A DNA stretch of 64,000 nt, from IMG/VR virus record IMGVR_UViG_3300029288_007064. One strand, given 5' to 3'. Numbering within the stretch: position 1 is the first letter of the stretch; every line of letters begins with the position of its first letter. Of the stretch, positions 28,579-38,535 are shown piece by piece. A program made the position numbers and the translations under genes. This DNA comes from a virus (taxonomy: Duplodnaviria > Heunggongvirae > Uroviricota > Caudoviricetes). The notes under the pieces were generated by a model that was not told where the DNA came from, made no database searches, and was given only the letters and a program-made list of their open reading frames with translations.

Positions 28579-29019
28579 TCACCTTTGTCTAAACCTACAG
28601 AAATAACTTTCCATGGTTCTTGGATTTAATTTTCCTTTCCACGAGGCAGCGTAAACTCTGCATACACTGGCGGGAGTAAGACAGTTTTCAATCATATATA
28701 GTTCCATTTCTCTTCCATATATTTTTACATATTCTTGAAGTGTCCTTCCGAGAAGTTTGACATATTTTGTTTTTCTTCCTCTACGAACATAAACTTTGTC
28801 GAATATCAATTCTTCTGCATCACCAATATCAAACTCTAAATTTCTAAATGATTTCAGCACTCCCCTTTCTATTTCGTCATCAGTATTACCATAATCGTCG
28901 ATAGTATATATTGCCTTTGCAATAACTACCACTTTAATCTTTTCTGGTTTCTTCGTCATATTTTCACCTTTCCTTTTGCTCTCATTTCTAATACCAACTG
29001 ATTCCTGCAAGGGTCGCAA
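28579..29019 (-). CDS. hypothetical protein
   Basis: 146 aa. Confidence 0.35.
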   Translation of the reverse strand: MRPLQESVGIRNESKRKGENMTKKPEKIKVVVIAKAIYTIDDYGNTDDEIERGVLKSFRNLEFDIGDAEELIFDKVYVRRGRKTKYVKLLGRTLQEYVKIYGREMELYMIENCLTPASVCRVYAASWKGKLNPRTMESYFCRFRQR

Positions 29020-29192
29020 ATACTGTGGCTTAATGTTTGTCCCTTCATAATATCCTCAACCCAAGGTGGAGCAATATTTCCACTTATTCTGTTTCTCCAT
29101 ATGTCTTTTCCTTCCTTGTGCCATGCACAGCATACATAGAACTTCCTTATACGGTCTTCCCTTTTATCAAGCAATACATCTCTCATTTGCAC
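28956..29192 (-). CDS. zinc-binding small protein
   Basis: 78 aa; CCAWH...CDPC. Confidence 0.35.
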   Translation of the reverse strand: MQMRDVLLDKREDRIRKFYVCCAWHKEGKDIWRNRISGNIAPPWVEDIMKGQTLSHSICDPCRNQLVLEMRAKGKVKI

Positions 29193-29647
29193 ACACCTGA
29201 GAATATTGATTATTTCTTTAATCTGTCCAATAAGGACTCAAATCCTATCCATAGGAGGAATACTAATGTGCCACCTACACCAATCCCTACACCCACCAAA
29301 AATCCAGTTGCTATTATTTCCAATGGTTCCATTTATTCACATCTCTGTTTCTATTACTAGTATTGTCTTTCCGTCGTTGTACTCGATATCACATAATATA
29401 ACTTCATCAGTTATATTAAATGCTTTTTTTAATTCTTCTTCAGATATTTCATATCTTTTTCGTTCTGTCTTTTTCATCTTACCACCTCATGATTCTTCTA
29501 GCTTCTTCTCTTGCAAGAGCAGAAATTACTAATCCTTTTGCACGATGTTCAACTTTACCTCTACACCCACCACAAATTTTTATCTTTCCTTGTTTTAGTA
29601 CTCCGTATTTACTTCCACAAATATCACATGTTTCTATTTTCATTATT

Positions 29648-30274
29648 TCACCTTATTGCCTTTATCATATTTACCAAATAAAACTGCTTGCCTAACTTCC
29701 TTTCTGATGGTAATATTAAGTTGTTATCCATCCACTTTACTATTGGTCTATACAAACCATGCAGAGGTCGGAGAGGTACAGGTGTTGTGAATAAAGTCAC
29801 TTCAGAAATAACTCCATACCTTCCTCCCAACTGCTCCACTTGTACCGATTTAAAGTGTGATTGTGCTTCTATTTGCATTTTTCTTCCTGTCCAGCGAATA
29901 TAATCTCCATAAACATCGGAGCCATGATAAGGATAAATAAATGGAATAGTGGCAAACAGCGTTCCTCCTCTCTTCAATACACGAGAGCACTCTCTAAAGA
30001 AGTGTTCTGTGTAATCAAGGTGTTCAAGAATATTCAAAGCCAGGATGCCGTCAAAGTGCTGGTCAGGAAGTGGGAATATCTCCGTAGCATCCATGACGAC
30101 ATCTGGCTTTGTTTCTGGGTCGATGTCTGCTCGTGTGATATCCGCTGTCTGAAGAGGGAGAGCAGACAATTCCGACTTTCCAGCACCAAGATTTAACCAC
30201 TTGCCTTGGAAGGACTGCTTCTTTAGATAATCATATTCCAGTTCTCTTGTTAGGGAAATCATTTTAGCACCCAC
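29648..30274 (-). CDS. class I SAM-dependent methyltransferase
   Basis: 208 aa; WLNLGAGKS motif I; Methyltransf_11-like layout. Confidence 0.65.
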   Translation of the reverse strand: MGAKMISLTRELEYDYLKKQSFQGKWLNLGAGKSELSALPLQTADITRADIDPETKPDVVMDATEIFPLPDQHFDGILALNILEHLDYTEHFFRECSRVLKRGGTLFATIPFIYPYHGSDVYGDYIRWTGRKMQIEAQSHFKSVQVEQLGGRYGVISEVTLFTTPVPLRPLHGLYRPIVKWMDNNLILPSERKLGKQFYLVNMIKAIR

Positions 30275-30555
30275 CTACTTGTTCTTAATGTCATGCTTCC
30301 TTCACATCCATCCCATTTACCATCATGTTCTGTCATATAATCTATTGCTTGTTTCATGGTTGTAAAGACACCTACAACTCCGTGACTATAATGACGTACG
30401 GATTCACCATCTTCAACAATCCATACAACATTTGGTTCTACGATATCAGTAATAATTGGATTGCGGTCTTCTTCTTTGCAGTTTTTATATCCAATAGGTC
30501 CAGCAAATTCGTAGTATCTTCTATGTACTCTTATTAAATATCTTTCCTTACTCAT
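30259..30555 (-). CDS. hypothetical protein
   Basis: 98 aa. Confidence 0.35.
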   Translation of the reverse strand: MSKERYLIRVHRRYYEFAGPIGYKNCKEEDRNPIITDIVEPNVVWIVEDGESVRHYSHGVVGVFTTMKQAIDYMTEHDGKWDGCEGSMTLRTSRWVLK

Positions 30556-30821
30556 TTTTTCTCCTCCAATTCTATCTCTTTTTCTTTTACCATTTTTAAT
30601 GGATTATTTATAAGATGTACAAGAAATATTATAGATGCAAAAAAGAAAAACCATCCAAAAAATGTACCAAACATTATCTTTATATCTCCATTTGTGCAAA
30701 TGAACAAACACACAATCATGATTATTGCAAATGCGATTATTGCTAATATCGTAAATATTATTCTTATCCAATCTATTCTTTCTTCCCTTAAAATATACGT
30801 TTTTGTAGTCATATTTACCAC
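30552..30821 (-). CDS. small membrane protein
   Basis: 89 aa, two TM helices. Confidence 0.35.
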   Translation of the reverse strand: MVNMTTKTYILREERIDWIRIIFTILAIIAFAIIMIVCLFICTNGDIKIMFGTFFGWFFFFASIIFLVHLINNPLKMVKEKEIELEEKK

Positions 30822-31207
30822 CTCTCATCTAGCTTCTTCTCAATCCTTTCAAGTATTTTTGTTACATTTGTCAATCCAGGATTGCGTTTATAGTTCTGTA
30901 AATTTACTTCTTGTGTAAGTCCTATTCGTGATTCCAATACAAATCCGGCAAGCCATACACAGAACATTCCAAGAGGAACGAATATTATAACTACTGTTTC
31001 TGTTTCTTGAATACCTGTTAGCACTTTCAGTTTATCAGATGCTGTGACCACAAGGAGCACGAAGTTTGTAATAGTCAGCAATTGCATTCCTTGAAGCCAG
31101 CGATAGTATTGCTCTGCTGTGAATGTTCTACCTTTACGGAGAACGGATTTTACTTTTTCTATCATAATCTCATCCATATTTCTAGACACTCTAACCAATA
31201 TATCCAA
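30815..31207 (-). CDS. membrane protein
   Basis: 130 aa, 2-3 TM helices. Confidence 0.35.
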   Translation of the reverse strand: MDILVRVSRNMDEIMIEKVKSVLRKGRTFTAEQYYRWLQGMQLLTITNFVLLVVTASDKLKVLTGIQETETVVIIFVPLGMFCVWLAGFVLESRIGLTQEVNLQNYKRNPGLTNVTKILERIEKKLDERW

Positions 31208-31251
31208 TTACGTTTTGCTATTTTTAATTGAAACAAATAATCTTTAAACAT

Positions 31252-31710
31252 TTATTCCACCTTCTTAATCTCCTTTGCAGGAACACCTACAACAACTGTG
31301 AATGGGTCCACATCATCAGTTACAACTGCACCTGCTCCGACAACTGCTCCTTCTCCAATTGTAACTCCTGGAAGGATTATGCATCCTATTCCTAACCACA
31401 CACCTTTGCAAATTTTTATTGGTTCTGAGACGTGTGTTCTTTCTGAATAGTGTTGATTTAAATCTAACCCTGAAGAAGAGATACAAACGTGAGGAGAAAT
31501 TCTAACATAATCTTCTATGGTTATGCGTTCTAATCCTGAAATAACCACGCCATCATTTATACTTACATTATCGCCAATATCGACGTTTTCTGGAACGGGA
31601 ATGTATATTCTACCATTTACTCTAAAGTTCTTTCCGCAATGTAATAACACTAGCTTCCAATAAAGTGTTCGTAGTCTTCTAGATACTTCAGAATAAATAA
31701 TTCCAATCAT
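31252..31710 (-). CDS. hexapeptide-repeat (left-handed beta-helix) acyl/acetyltransferase (sugar O-acetyltransferase-like)
   Basis: 152 aa with tandem [LIV]G-x4 hexapeptides (VWLGIGCIILPGVTIGEGAVVGAGAVV). Confidence 0.8.
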   Translation of the reverse strand: MIGIIYSEVSRRLRTLYWKLVLLHCGKNFRVNGRIYIPVPENVDIGDNVSINDGVVISGLERITIEDYVRISPHVCISSSGLDLNQHYSERTHVSEPIKICKGVWLGIGCIILPGVTIGEGAVVGAGAVVTDDVDPFTVVVGVPAKEIKKVE

Positions 31711-31711
31711 G

Positions 31712-32308
31712 TTATTCCACCATTATTTTACATAGATTAGTGTGAAATTTCGCACTCGCCGCCAAACAAAATTCCCATTGCTTAAATACAAGCAACGAAT
31801 GATGGTCTCCTGTTAGTTCCGGATATTTCTCGAATAAAACTTGATGCGCCATCTCGTGTCCTATTACACAATACGAATCAGAACATTCCGGATGAATAAA
31901 TACTTTCCCGTCACTTGTTGTCCAAGCGCAAGGTGAATATTCCTCACCATCACTACCTAATGCAGAAATATTTTGTTTAGTTATCGTTGTTTGAATTGCT
32001 GGTATATCTATTCCTAATTCTCTAATAAAACTAGATAACTCTTGAACTTCTGCGTCTGTATATTCGTTACTTATTATGTTCGGATTACCATTATATGTAG
32101 TAGTATTTATTTCTGAACATAAAGACATTGTATATAGGTCTAGGATAAGTAAGAATAAGCAAAGTGTACCTTTTATCTTATTTCCTACATACGGTCGAAT
32201 AACACGACGACTTCTTTCTACGTGTTTTTTTACCTTTCTTTCACTAGATAGAGCACGTAATCTCCTTTTTTGCTTCTTATGATATTTGCGTCGTTTATTC
32301 TTTCTCAT
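31712..32308 (-). CDS. HExxH zinc-metallopeptidase-like protein with basic N-terminus and TM segment
   Basis: 198 aa. Arg/Lys-rich N-terminus, a hydrophobic segment, then CVIGHEMAHQVLFEKYP. TATA-like element 36 bp upstream. Confidence 0.45.
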   Translation of the reverse strand: MRKNKRRKYHKKQKRRLRALSSERKVKKHVERSRRVIRPYVGNKIKGTLCLFLLILDLYTMSLCSEINTTTYNGNPNIISNEYTDAEVQELSSFIRELGIDIPAIQTTITKQNISALGSDGEEYSPCAWTTSDGKVFIHPECSDSYCVIGHEMAHQVLFEKYPELTGDHHSLLVFKQWEFCLAASAKFHTNLCKIMVE

Positions 32309-32334
32309 GAGTAAATCCTCTTTATAATTAATGA

Positions 32335-32362
32335 TACATACTATTTATAACCCTTTGCTCTT
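32335..32362 (-). promoter_or_regulatory. archaeal-type TATA-box-like promoter (CATACTATTTATAACCCTTTGCTCTTC)
   Basis: TTTATAAC at 32344-32351, 36 bp upstream of the ATG at 32308. 27-bp identical copy at 51978-52004. Confidence 0.4.
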
Positions 32363-32968
32363 CCTTATTTTCATGAAATAACCATCTCTAAATAATGGTA
32401 AGATATTCGCAATAATAGCAAACACCCGATTACTCGACGTATAAATGAAATATTCTATTTCTAATCCTTCTATGCCTTCTACTTTGTGATAAACTTTTTC
32501 TTGTTTTAAAAACTTCTCTATACAAGATGGCGGATAGGGTCTTATGTGGTCCATTGTATTCCACACTACCGGTTGAAGTGGTGAAGATATATACGCTATC
32601 CCTTCCGGTTTAAGATGACGTGAAATAAACACGAATAATTGTTGCGCATCTTCTGGTGTTAAATGCTCTAATAATTGGTGTGCGGTTATTCCATCAATAC
32701 TCCCCCACTCGAAACTACAATTTTTAAATGTATCATGGAAAACTTTTATTCCTTTGTTCTCGCATTCCTTTGCACATATTTCGCTATTTTCAATTCCTAT
32801 CCAATTTTCCTTATCAAGAATTGCATCACCCGAACCGCAACCTATATCTATAACTTTCTTCCCTATAAGATGCTTCATTTGCAACTCTCCAGATTGCTTT
32901 TCTTTCCAATATTGTAACATTCCGTTTATATTCATATATTCACCAAGGGTTATCATAACCATAACCAT
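32345..32968 (-). CDS. class I SAM-dependent methyltransferase
   Basis: 207 aa; VIDIGCGSGDAI motif I. Confidence 0.75.
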   Translation of the reverse strand: MVMVMITLGEYMNINGMLQYWKEKQSGELQMKHLIGKKVIDIGCGSGDAILDKENWIGIENSEICAKECENKGIKVFHDTFKNCSFEWGSIDGITAHQLLEHLTPEDAQQLFVFISRHLKPEGIAYISSPLQPVVWNTMDHIRPYPPSCIEKFLKQEKVYHKVEGIEGLEIEYFIYTSSNRVFAIIANILPLFRDGYFMKIRKSKGL

Positions 32969-33184
32969 GATAATTATCTTTATCTACTTCATCGAATAAC
33001 CACACCATAAGAATAATTATTGCAGGTGCAAAACCTATTCCAAGGAATATTCCACTTATAAAATAGTTCAATAATTCTATCATTTGTTTACCCACCAGAG
33101 ATATACAAAGCATATTAGCCCTGCACCAATACCTATTCCTAAACCCATTGCTATTCCATTAATGAATAATTCTAGCATTTCATA

Positions 33185-33505
33185 TCACCTTATATACGTT
33201 AAATCTTTTGGTTGTACAACATTTTCATCATCAAGAGCTTCTCCTTGTTTTACTGTTTTCTTTGCACTTTCATTTCGTATGAATCTTTCTCTTTCGTTTA
33301 AAGAATTATACATCGATGGAAGAATATTCATATAGTAATCATCTAATTTGAAACCCGTATCACCAGATATAGTGATTATTCTACCTTCTTTGTCTTTGAA
33401 TAACACCACCCAAGCAGAAGAAAGGACGTGTTTTTTATTCACTTTTTTCATTACATTTAAAATCTCTTCCCCAATATATTTAGCTATCTTTTCTTGTTTA
33501 TCCAT
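33185..33505 (-). CDS. hypothetical protein
   Basis: 106 aa. Confidence 0.35.
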   Translation of the reverse strand: MDKQEKIAKYIGEEILNVMKKVNKKHVLSSAWVVLFKDKEGRIITISGDTGFKLDDYYMNILPSMYNSLNERERFIRNESAKKTVKQGEALDDENVVQPKDLTYIR

Positions 33506-33506
33506 T

Positions 33507-33752
33507 TTACATCACCTGAGATAATTGATTCAAAAATTTCTTTGGTGGGTCGCCATCTTTATAGTGAGCAATGATATCAAATTGTGCTCTATGCATTTCT
33601 TTCCGTCTTTTTACTACTATTTCAATAACCTTATCAGAGAATCCATATTCGAATTCATTTTTGAATCGTGTAAATAAACTATGGATATCGGCATAATCGG
33701 AGTACTTGCTAGGCAAGTTCTTATATTTTATTTTGATTTGGTATTCTTTCAT
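33507..33752 (-). CDS. hypothetical protein
   Basis: 81 aa; 4-nt overlap with the XPF-like gene. Confidence 0.35.
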   Translation of the reverse strand: MKEYQIKIKYKNLPSKYSDYADIHSLFTRFKNEFEYGFSDKVIEIVVKRRKEMHRAQFDIIAHYKDGDPPKKFLNQLSQVM

Positions 33753-34441
33753 TTTAACACCTCTTTTCCTTCTATGAATGTCATTATTTCTTTTGCTGTT
33801 TTTGGACCGATTCCCTCTAGCTCGCTCAACTCTTTTTCTGATGCCGTCATCAATATTTTTAGACTAGGATATTTTTTTGCAATTACTTTTGCTCTTTTTG
33901 CACCTATTCCAGCTATTGCTGTAAACATGCTAGCGAATCTCTGTTCAAAAGAAAATGAAAGTTTTACTATATCTTTTGGTGAAGGGCATTCTCCAGATTT
34001 TTCACAAATCGCTTTAAGTTTGTATGAAAATTCAGAAGGGGTATCTGTTCGAATAACCTTTATTCCATATTTTTCTATTAAAGAAATTTCTGCACCAAAA
34101 CATTGATGCAATATTGCTCCGGCTTCTTGTTGATTAAATCTCTTCATAGATTTTAATAACTTCTCCCAATTACCTACAATAATAATATAACAATTTTTGT
34201 AGTTGGAAGTGAGATTCAATGCTTGATCGAAAATTCTACCATTCTTTATTGAAGAATAAAAATCTCCAACCGATTTCACTTCTATCGCGATGCCCTTGGT
34301 TTCGTATAAAATGTCCCCAATTAATAATCTTTTGCGTTCCACAACAAAATATTCTTTTAATGCCTCTAACCGCGTTTCGATTATCGAGTTCATTTCTTCT
34401 CGGTCGTCTAAAAATATTGTTGGTTTTTCTTCCTTTTCCAT
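33749..34441 (-). CDS. XPF/Hef/Mus81-family ERCC4 nuclease (short archaeal form) with tandem helix-hairpin-helix
   Basis: 230 aa. ERCC4 motif IFLDDREE...VVERKRLLIGDIL; (HhH)2: IAGIGAKRAKVI and LEGIGPKTAKEI. Confidence 0.75.
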   Translation of the reverse strand: MEKEEKPTIFLDDREEMNSIIETRLEALKEYFVVERKRLLIGDILYETKGIAIEVKSVGDFYSSIKNGRIFDQALNLTSNYKNCYIIIVGNWEKLLKSMKRFNQQEAGAILHQCFGAEISLIEKYGIKVIRTDTPSEFSYKLKAICEKSGECPSPKDIVKLSFSFEQRFASMFTAIAGIGAKRAKVIAKKYPSLKILMTASEKELSELEGIGPKTAKEIMTFIEGKEVLK

Positions 34442-34445
34442 GGCG

Positions 34446-34790
34446 TTATTCCTCCTGTTTTATCAATGCTAGCATAACTTTTAATTCATTTTTCAAGTTA
34501 TCGCAATCTATTTTTACCATTTCTTTTTGCCTAAGAAGACTAACTAATCTTTGTTTTACATCTTGATATTCTTTATCTTGGAATAACCGATTATCTATCT
34601 CCAATTCTCTGCGTGCTTCGTTGGAATAAACACTCTTACCCGTGTTCGTTATTTCATCATAAACTCCTATTTTCGTTGGTAATTCCAAGCGTGCCTTTTG
34701 GTCGGCAACTTCAAATATCTGCTCATTTAGAGTAGATAACGCCAATTCCTTGTCCCTTATTAGTTTAGGTAGTTCTTCAAGTTTATTCAT
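34446..34790 (-). CDS. coiled-coil hypothetical protein
   Basis: 114 aa. Confidence 0.35.
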   Translation of the reverse strand: MNKLEELPKLIRDKELALSTLNEQIFEVADQKARLELPTKIGVYDEITNTGKSVYSNEARRELEIDNRLFQDKEYQDVKQRLVSLLRQKEMVKIDCDNLKNELKVMLALIKQEE

Positions 34791-35050
34791 TCTTTCACCT
34801 TCTTCATCAATTTTTTTAACTCTTTCATAAATTCTATCTTTTTGTGTCTTGTAATAACTATTTCATATGGGGTTGTATATGTTTTCCTATGGTATAATAC
34901 AAACATTCCATTATAATCTTCTTCTCCTTCCAATCTATCCTTAATGAAATCTAAACAAGATAAATATCGTGGATAACCATGAGTATAGATTTCTGTTTTT
35001 GGCTTATAGTAACATATTTTCCATAGCACTTTACAACGTCTTGTAACCAT
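34787..35050 (-). CDS. hypothetical protein
   Basis: 87 aa. Confidence 0.35.
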   Translation of the reverse strand: MVTRRCKVLWKICYYKPKTEIYTHGYPRYLSCLDFIKDRLEGEEDYNGMFVLYHRKTYTTPYEIVITRHKKIEFMKELKKLMKKVKE

Positions 35051-35173
35051 ATTTATCCCTTTCTTTTGCTAATTTTTTCATATAAATGATTTTTGTATCT
35101 ATCAAATTCTTCCCAAAACTCTTTCCACTTAACGTTGTTAGCTTTTATCAACGAACCATTTCTTTCTTGCATA

Positions 35174-37348
35174 TTATATCCACTCATCTAATTTTTGTTG
35201 TGATGTTTTTGCTTTCCATCCAAGTGCTTCATAGATACGTTCTACATTATTATCAATTATTAGTGGCATTTGCTTATTCCAATCAATTTTAAAATCTTCT
35301 GGGAATTTATCATAGAAACCAACTACATTTGTCTTTGGCTTATTCGGTGGTGAAATAACATACGCCCATTTTACCTTTTCCATAGGGTCGAATGTTATTC
35401 CAAGATTATCCATAGAATATTTAATTGCTCTAACATGAATTGGTAAATTTTTATAATCTTCAAACTTTCTAGATACTGATTTTGGTATTCCTATTTCATC
35501 GTACTTTGTGTTTTTCATCATTTCTTCTTTTTCTATTGTTATGTACTTTTCTATATCTTCTTGTGTTTTTTCATCTAATAACATTCTAAACACTTTTTCT
35601 TGTATACGTTTTCCTGCTTTTGGTGTATCTGAACGTACTAATTCAAAACCAGTTACACTTAGAATATCTGCCAATTCTTTTCCATCTTTATAACAAAGAT
35701 AACCTACGTATCTTTTTTTGGCAGATGAAAAGTATATCTTACTAAATACTTTTTCGAACTCGAGGAATAACACATGCTTCTTTATTCCCTTTTGCTTAGT
35801 AAATTCCTCGAATGAATCGTTTATGTGTTTTTGTATTGTTTGTGCTTCTTTTACTACATTTTGTAATTCTTTTTCGTTTGCTTGTATAAATATACTATCC
35901 GTATCCGAAGCTTGTATCTTATATCCTTTCTCTTCTATTTTTTTTATTACAAATTTAATCACTTCTCTTCCCATATATGTTACGCTTTCGGCTGCTTCCC
36001 TCTTATAGAGACGGAATCCTGGATAACCTTGTGCTCCATACGCGGAATTTAATACACATTTTACTGCGTATTGTTTCAAATAATATGAATGATATTCAGA
36101 AGTGTTATATGGATATTTTTTCATTTCTTCTTTATATTTCTTTCTTAATTCAAACAAGTCTTTAATAACCGACGGAATGAGACCTTCCGGTGTTGATTTG
36201 AAACGATGTCCATTACCTATGTCGATATCACCATTCTTATCGTATGATTCCCCTCCGATATTGCAAGAAACGATTATACTCGGGTACAAGCTTTTCATAT
36301 CAAATACTATTACATTTTTATAAACTCCAGATGTAGGCGAATGAACATATGCGCCTTCTATCGGTTCTTCTTGTGTATGTCTTATTTTTGTCGGTAATAT
36401 AATTCCACGTTCTTTTGCTTTTCTTAAAACTAAAGTATCTATTATCATGCTATTTTGTTCTAGCATAGACCACGGACAACCGACCATTCTTCTTAATTCA
36501 TCGAAGTAGTTAATTATAGAAATCTTTTTATCCAATTCTACGATTAACTTTACGTCTTCTAAATTGTAATCAAGAAGTTTTTGTACGTCATTCTCCCACA
36601 TTTCTCCGATAGATTGCTCGTTTTTTATTTTTCCTCTTCCTAGTTCTTTTTGTGCGACGAATTCAAGTGAAAAACTTTCTAGTTGTGTAAATGCAAGTTT
36701 TTTATATGCGTTTTTCAAATCAAATACTATTCTACCTTTTAATCGAATATCATATTCTTCTCCTTTACCTATATATCCTTGCCCGAATCTACATAATTTA
36801 TTTGCATCGATTTTTAACTTTAACATTCTATTAAATAAATACTTCACATCATAGTAGACATGCCAACCCGTTATTAAATCTGGATTAGTTTTTTTAATAA
36901 AATCGAGGAATAACACTAACATGTCTTCTTCGCTTTTACATGCGTATATACTCCATTCTTCCGTTTTCTTGCTTTCTCCTTTCCATGTAAATGTTATATA
37001 TTTTTTTAATTTTGTGTCATAACAACAAATAGAAAGGATTGGTTCTGGAGTGTTTTCATCATCAATAGACATTAGCGTTTCTATATCTAGATAATTTATT
37101 CTTATGTCTTCTTTTGGCATGGGTATTTTTATTCTATCGATAAGGAAGCGTTGCAAATATGGAACATCGGCTTCAAAAGTTATTGGATAATTCTTGCGCA
37201 TATCTCTAACGTCATTTGGCTGTTGTGCTATTACTTTGTTCTTTTTATCATCATAAAAGTATGGTTGGAAATCTCTGATAGTTTCTATTTTACCATTAGC
37301 ATGGAATAATAATATGTCTTTTTGGTTTACTATTTCACAAGTAATCAT
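35174..37348 (-). CDS. polB: family B DNA polymerase with 3'-5' exonuclease domain
   Basis: 724 aa. Exo I YLDIETL; motif A DMKSLYPSII; motif B KCVLNSAYG; motif C ASDTDSIF. Confidence 0.95.
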   Translation of the reverse strand: MITCEIVNQKDILLFHANGKIETIRDFQPYFYDDKKNKVIAQQPNDVRDMRKNYPITFEADVPYLQRFLIDRIKIPMPKEDIRINYLDIETLMSIDDENTPEPILSICCYDTKLKKYITFTWKGESKKTEEWSIYACKSEEDMLVLFLDFIKKTNPDLITGWHVYYDVKYLFNRMLKLKIDANKLCRFGQGYIGKGEEYDIRLKGRIVFDLKNAYKKLAFTQLESFSLEFVAQKELGRGKIKNEQSIGEMWENDVQKLLDYNLEDVKLIVELDKKISIINYFDELRRMVGCPWSMLEQNSMIIDTLVLRKAKERGIILPTKIRHTQEEPIEGAYVHSPTSGVYKNVIVFDMKSLYPSIIVSCNIGGESYDKNGDIDIGNGHRFKSTPEGLIPSVIKDLFELRKKYKEEMKKYPYNTSEYHSYYLKQYAVKCVLNSAYGAQGYPGFRLYKREAAESVTYMGREVIKFVIKKIEEKGYKIQASDTDSIFIQANEKELQNVVKEAQTIQKHINDSFEEFTKQKGIKKHVLFLEFEKVFSKIYFSSAKKRYVGYLCYKDGKELADILSVTGFELVRSDTPKAGKRIQEKVFRMLLDEKTQEDIEKYITIEKEEMMKNTKYDEIGIPKSVSRKFEDYKNLPIHVRAIKYSMDNLGITFDPMEKVKWAYVISPPNKPKTNVVGFYDKFPEDFKIDWNKQMPLIIDNNVERIYEALGWKAKTSQQKLDEWI

Positions 37349-38535
37349 TCGGTATCACCTAACCAATCATACAATTTTCCTTGCTTCGTTTCTCCTTTTA
37401 TTCTTTCTTCTGCTATCTTAAAATATTCTGGTGAAAGTTCTATTCCAATAAAATTCCTTCCCAATGCGTCGCAAGCAATTCCAGTTGTGCCACTACCCAT
37501 AAAAGGGTCTAATACAGTGTACCCTATTTTGGTCGTGAGTTTAATTAGGTGCTCCATAAGGGCAACTGGCTTGACAGTTGGATGATTGTTGATTCGTGGA
37601 TTTAATTTCCATTCCTCTAATTCTCCTGTTTTTGAATTTACTCTTTTTTCATAACCAGAATAAAATTGATTTTGATTTCCTTCATAAACCAAATTCTCTT
37701 CCTTCTCCCCCTTACTCGTCTTCGGTATTAGAAAGAACTTGCTCAACTTCCCGAAGCACTCTTCCTGCATTAATAGGTTGGATGGGAAACGACCTTTATC
37801 ATTACACTCTCTATTTTCTGGAGCATCTTTCCTTTCAGCTTCCCCATAAACATTCGTGCTTCTTTTCTTATATTGAAAGGGGATTACTTCTTCTCCTTCT
37901 TCGTAAGGTATCCGGCACTCATCCACGTTATACCCGCCTACCCCGTGCTTCATTACATTCTCCGTTATGCTCCCCTCGCACGGCTTCTGTGCAACCACTA
38001 TCGGTTCAAACGCAGGTTTAAGGGCGGGAGTTTTCCAACCCGACCATTCCTTTGCTTGCGGGAGAGTTGGTTCTTTCCAAGTAAATTCCTTTGTGTTCTT
38101 TCCCCCGTCAGCAACATACTCCCTTCCTTCACAATTAGGGCGAGCATTAGGAGAGGGCACTCCCGTATCCTCTCCTTTTCCCCCTAACTTCTTTTCTATC
38201 AGCATCCCCAAATCCTGTGCTTTCGGGAATCCTTGCATATACACCCAACACAGTTCATCCCGTATCATAAACCCCGCATCCTCAATCCCGCAGGTCAAAC
38301 GGTGATGCGTTCTCGTTCCGCCCATAGCAAACATGAACCCGCCTGGTTTGAGAATGCGGAGAGCTTCGGTTGCCCATTTAAAATTAAATTCTTGAAAATC
38401 TTTTCCTGTTCCTATACAATCAAATTCTTTTTTCATGAAGAATAAATTATATGGTGGATCTGTTATGATTGCATCTATGCTATTCGATGGAAGTTCCTTC
38501 ATTTTCTCTATGCAATCTCCCAATATAAGTTTCAT
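37345..38535 (-). CDS. DNA methyltransferase (N6-adenine/N4-cytosine; motif IV before motif I)
   Basis: 396 aa. N-terminal IITDPPYNL (motif IV) and C-terminal VLDPFMGSGTTGIA (motif I). 4-nt overlaps with polB and with the next MTase. Confidence 0.85.
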   Translation of the reverse strand: MKLILGDCIEKMKELPSNSIDAIITDPPYNLFFMKKEFDCIGTGKDFQEFNFKWATEALRILKPGGFMFAMGGTRTHHRLTCGIEDAGFMIRDELCWVYMQGFPKAQDLGMLIEKKLGGKGEDTGVPSPNARPNCEGREYVADGGKNTKEFTWKEPTLPQAKEWSGWKTPALKPAFEPIVVAQKPCEGSITENVMKHGVGGYNVDECRIPYEEGEEVIPFQYKKRSTNVYGEAERKDAPENRECNDKGRFPSNLLMQEECFGKLSKFFLIPKTSKGEKEENLVYEGNQNQFYSGYEKRVNSKTGELEEWKLNPRINNHPTVKPVALMEHLIKLTTKIGYTVLDPFMGSGTTGIACDALGRNFIGIELSPEYFKIAEERIKGETKQGKLYDWLGDTE

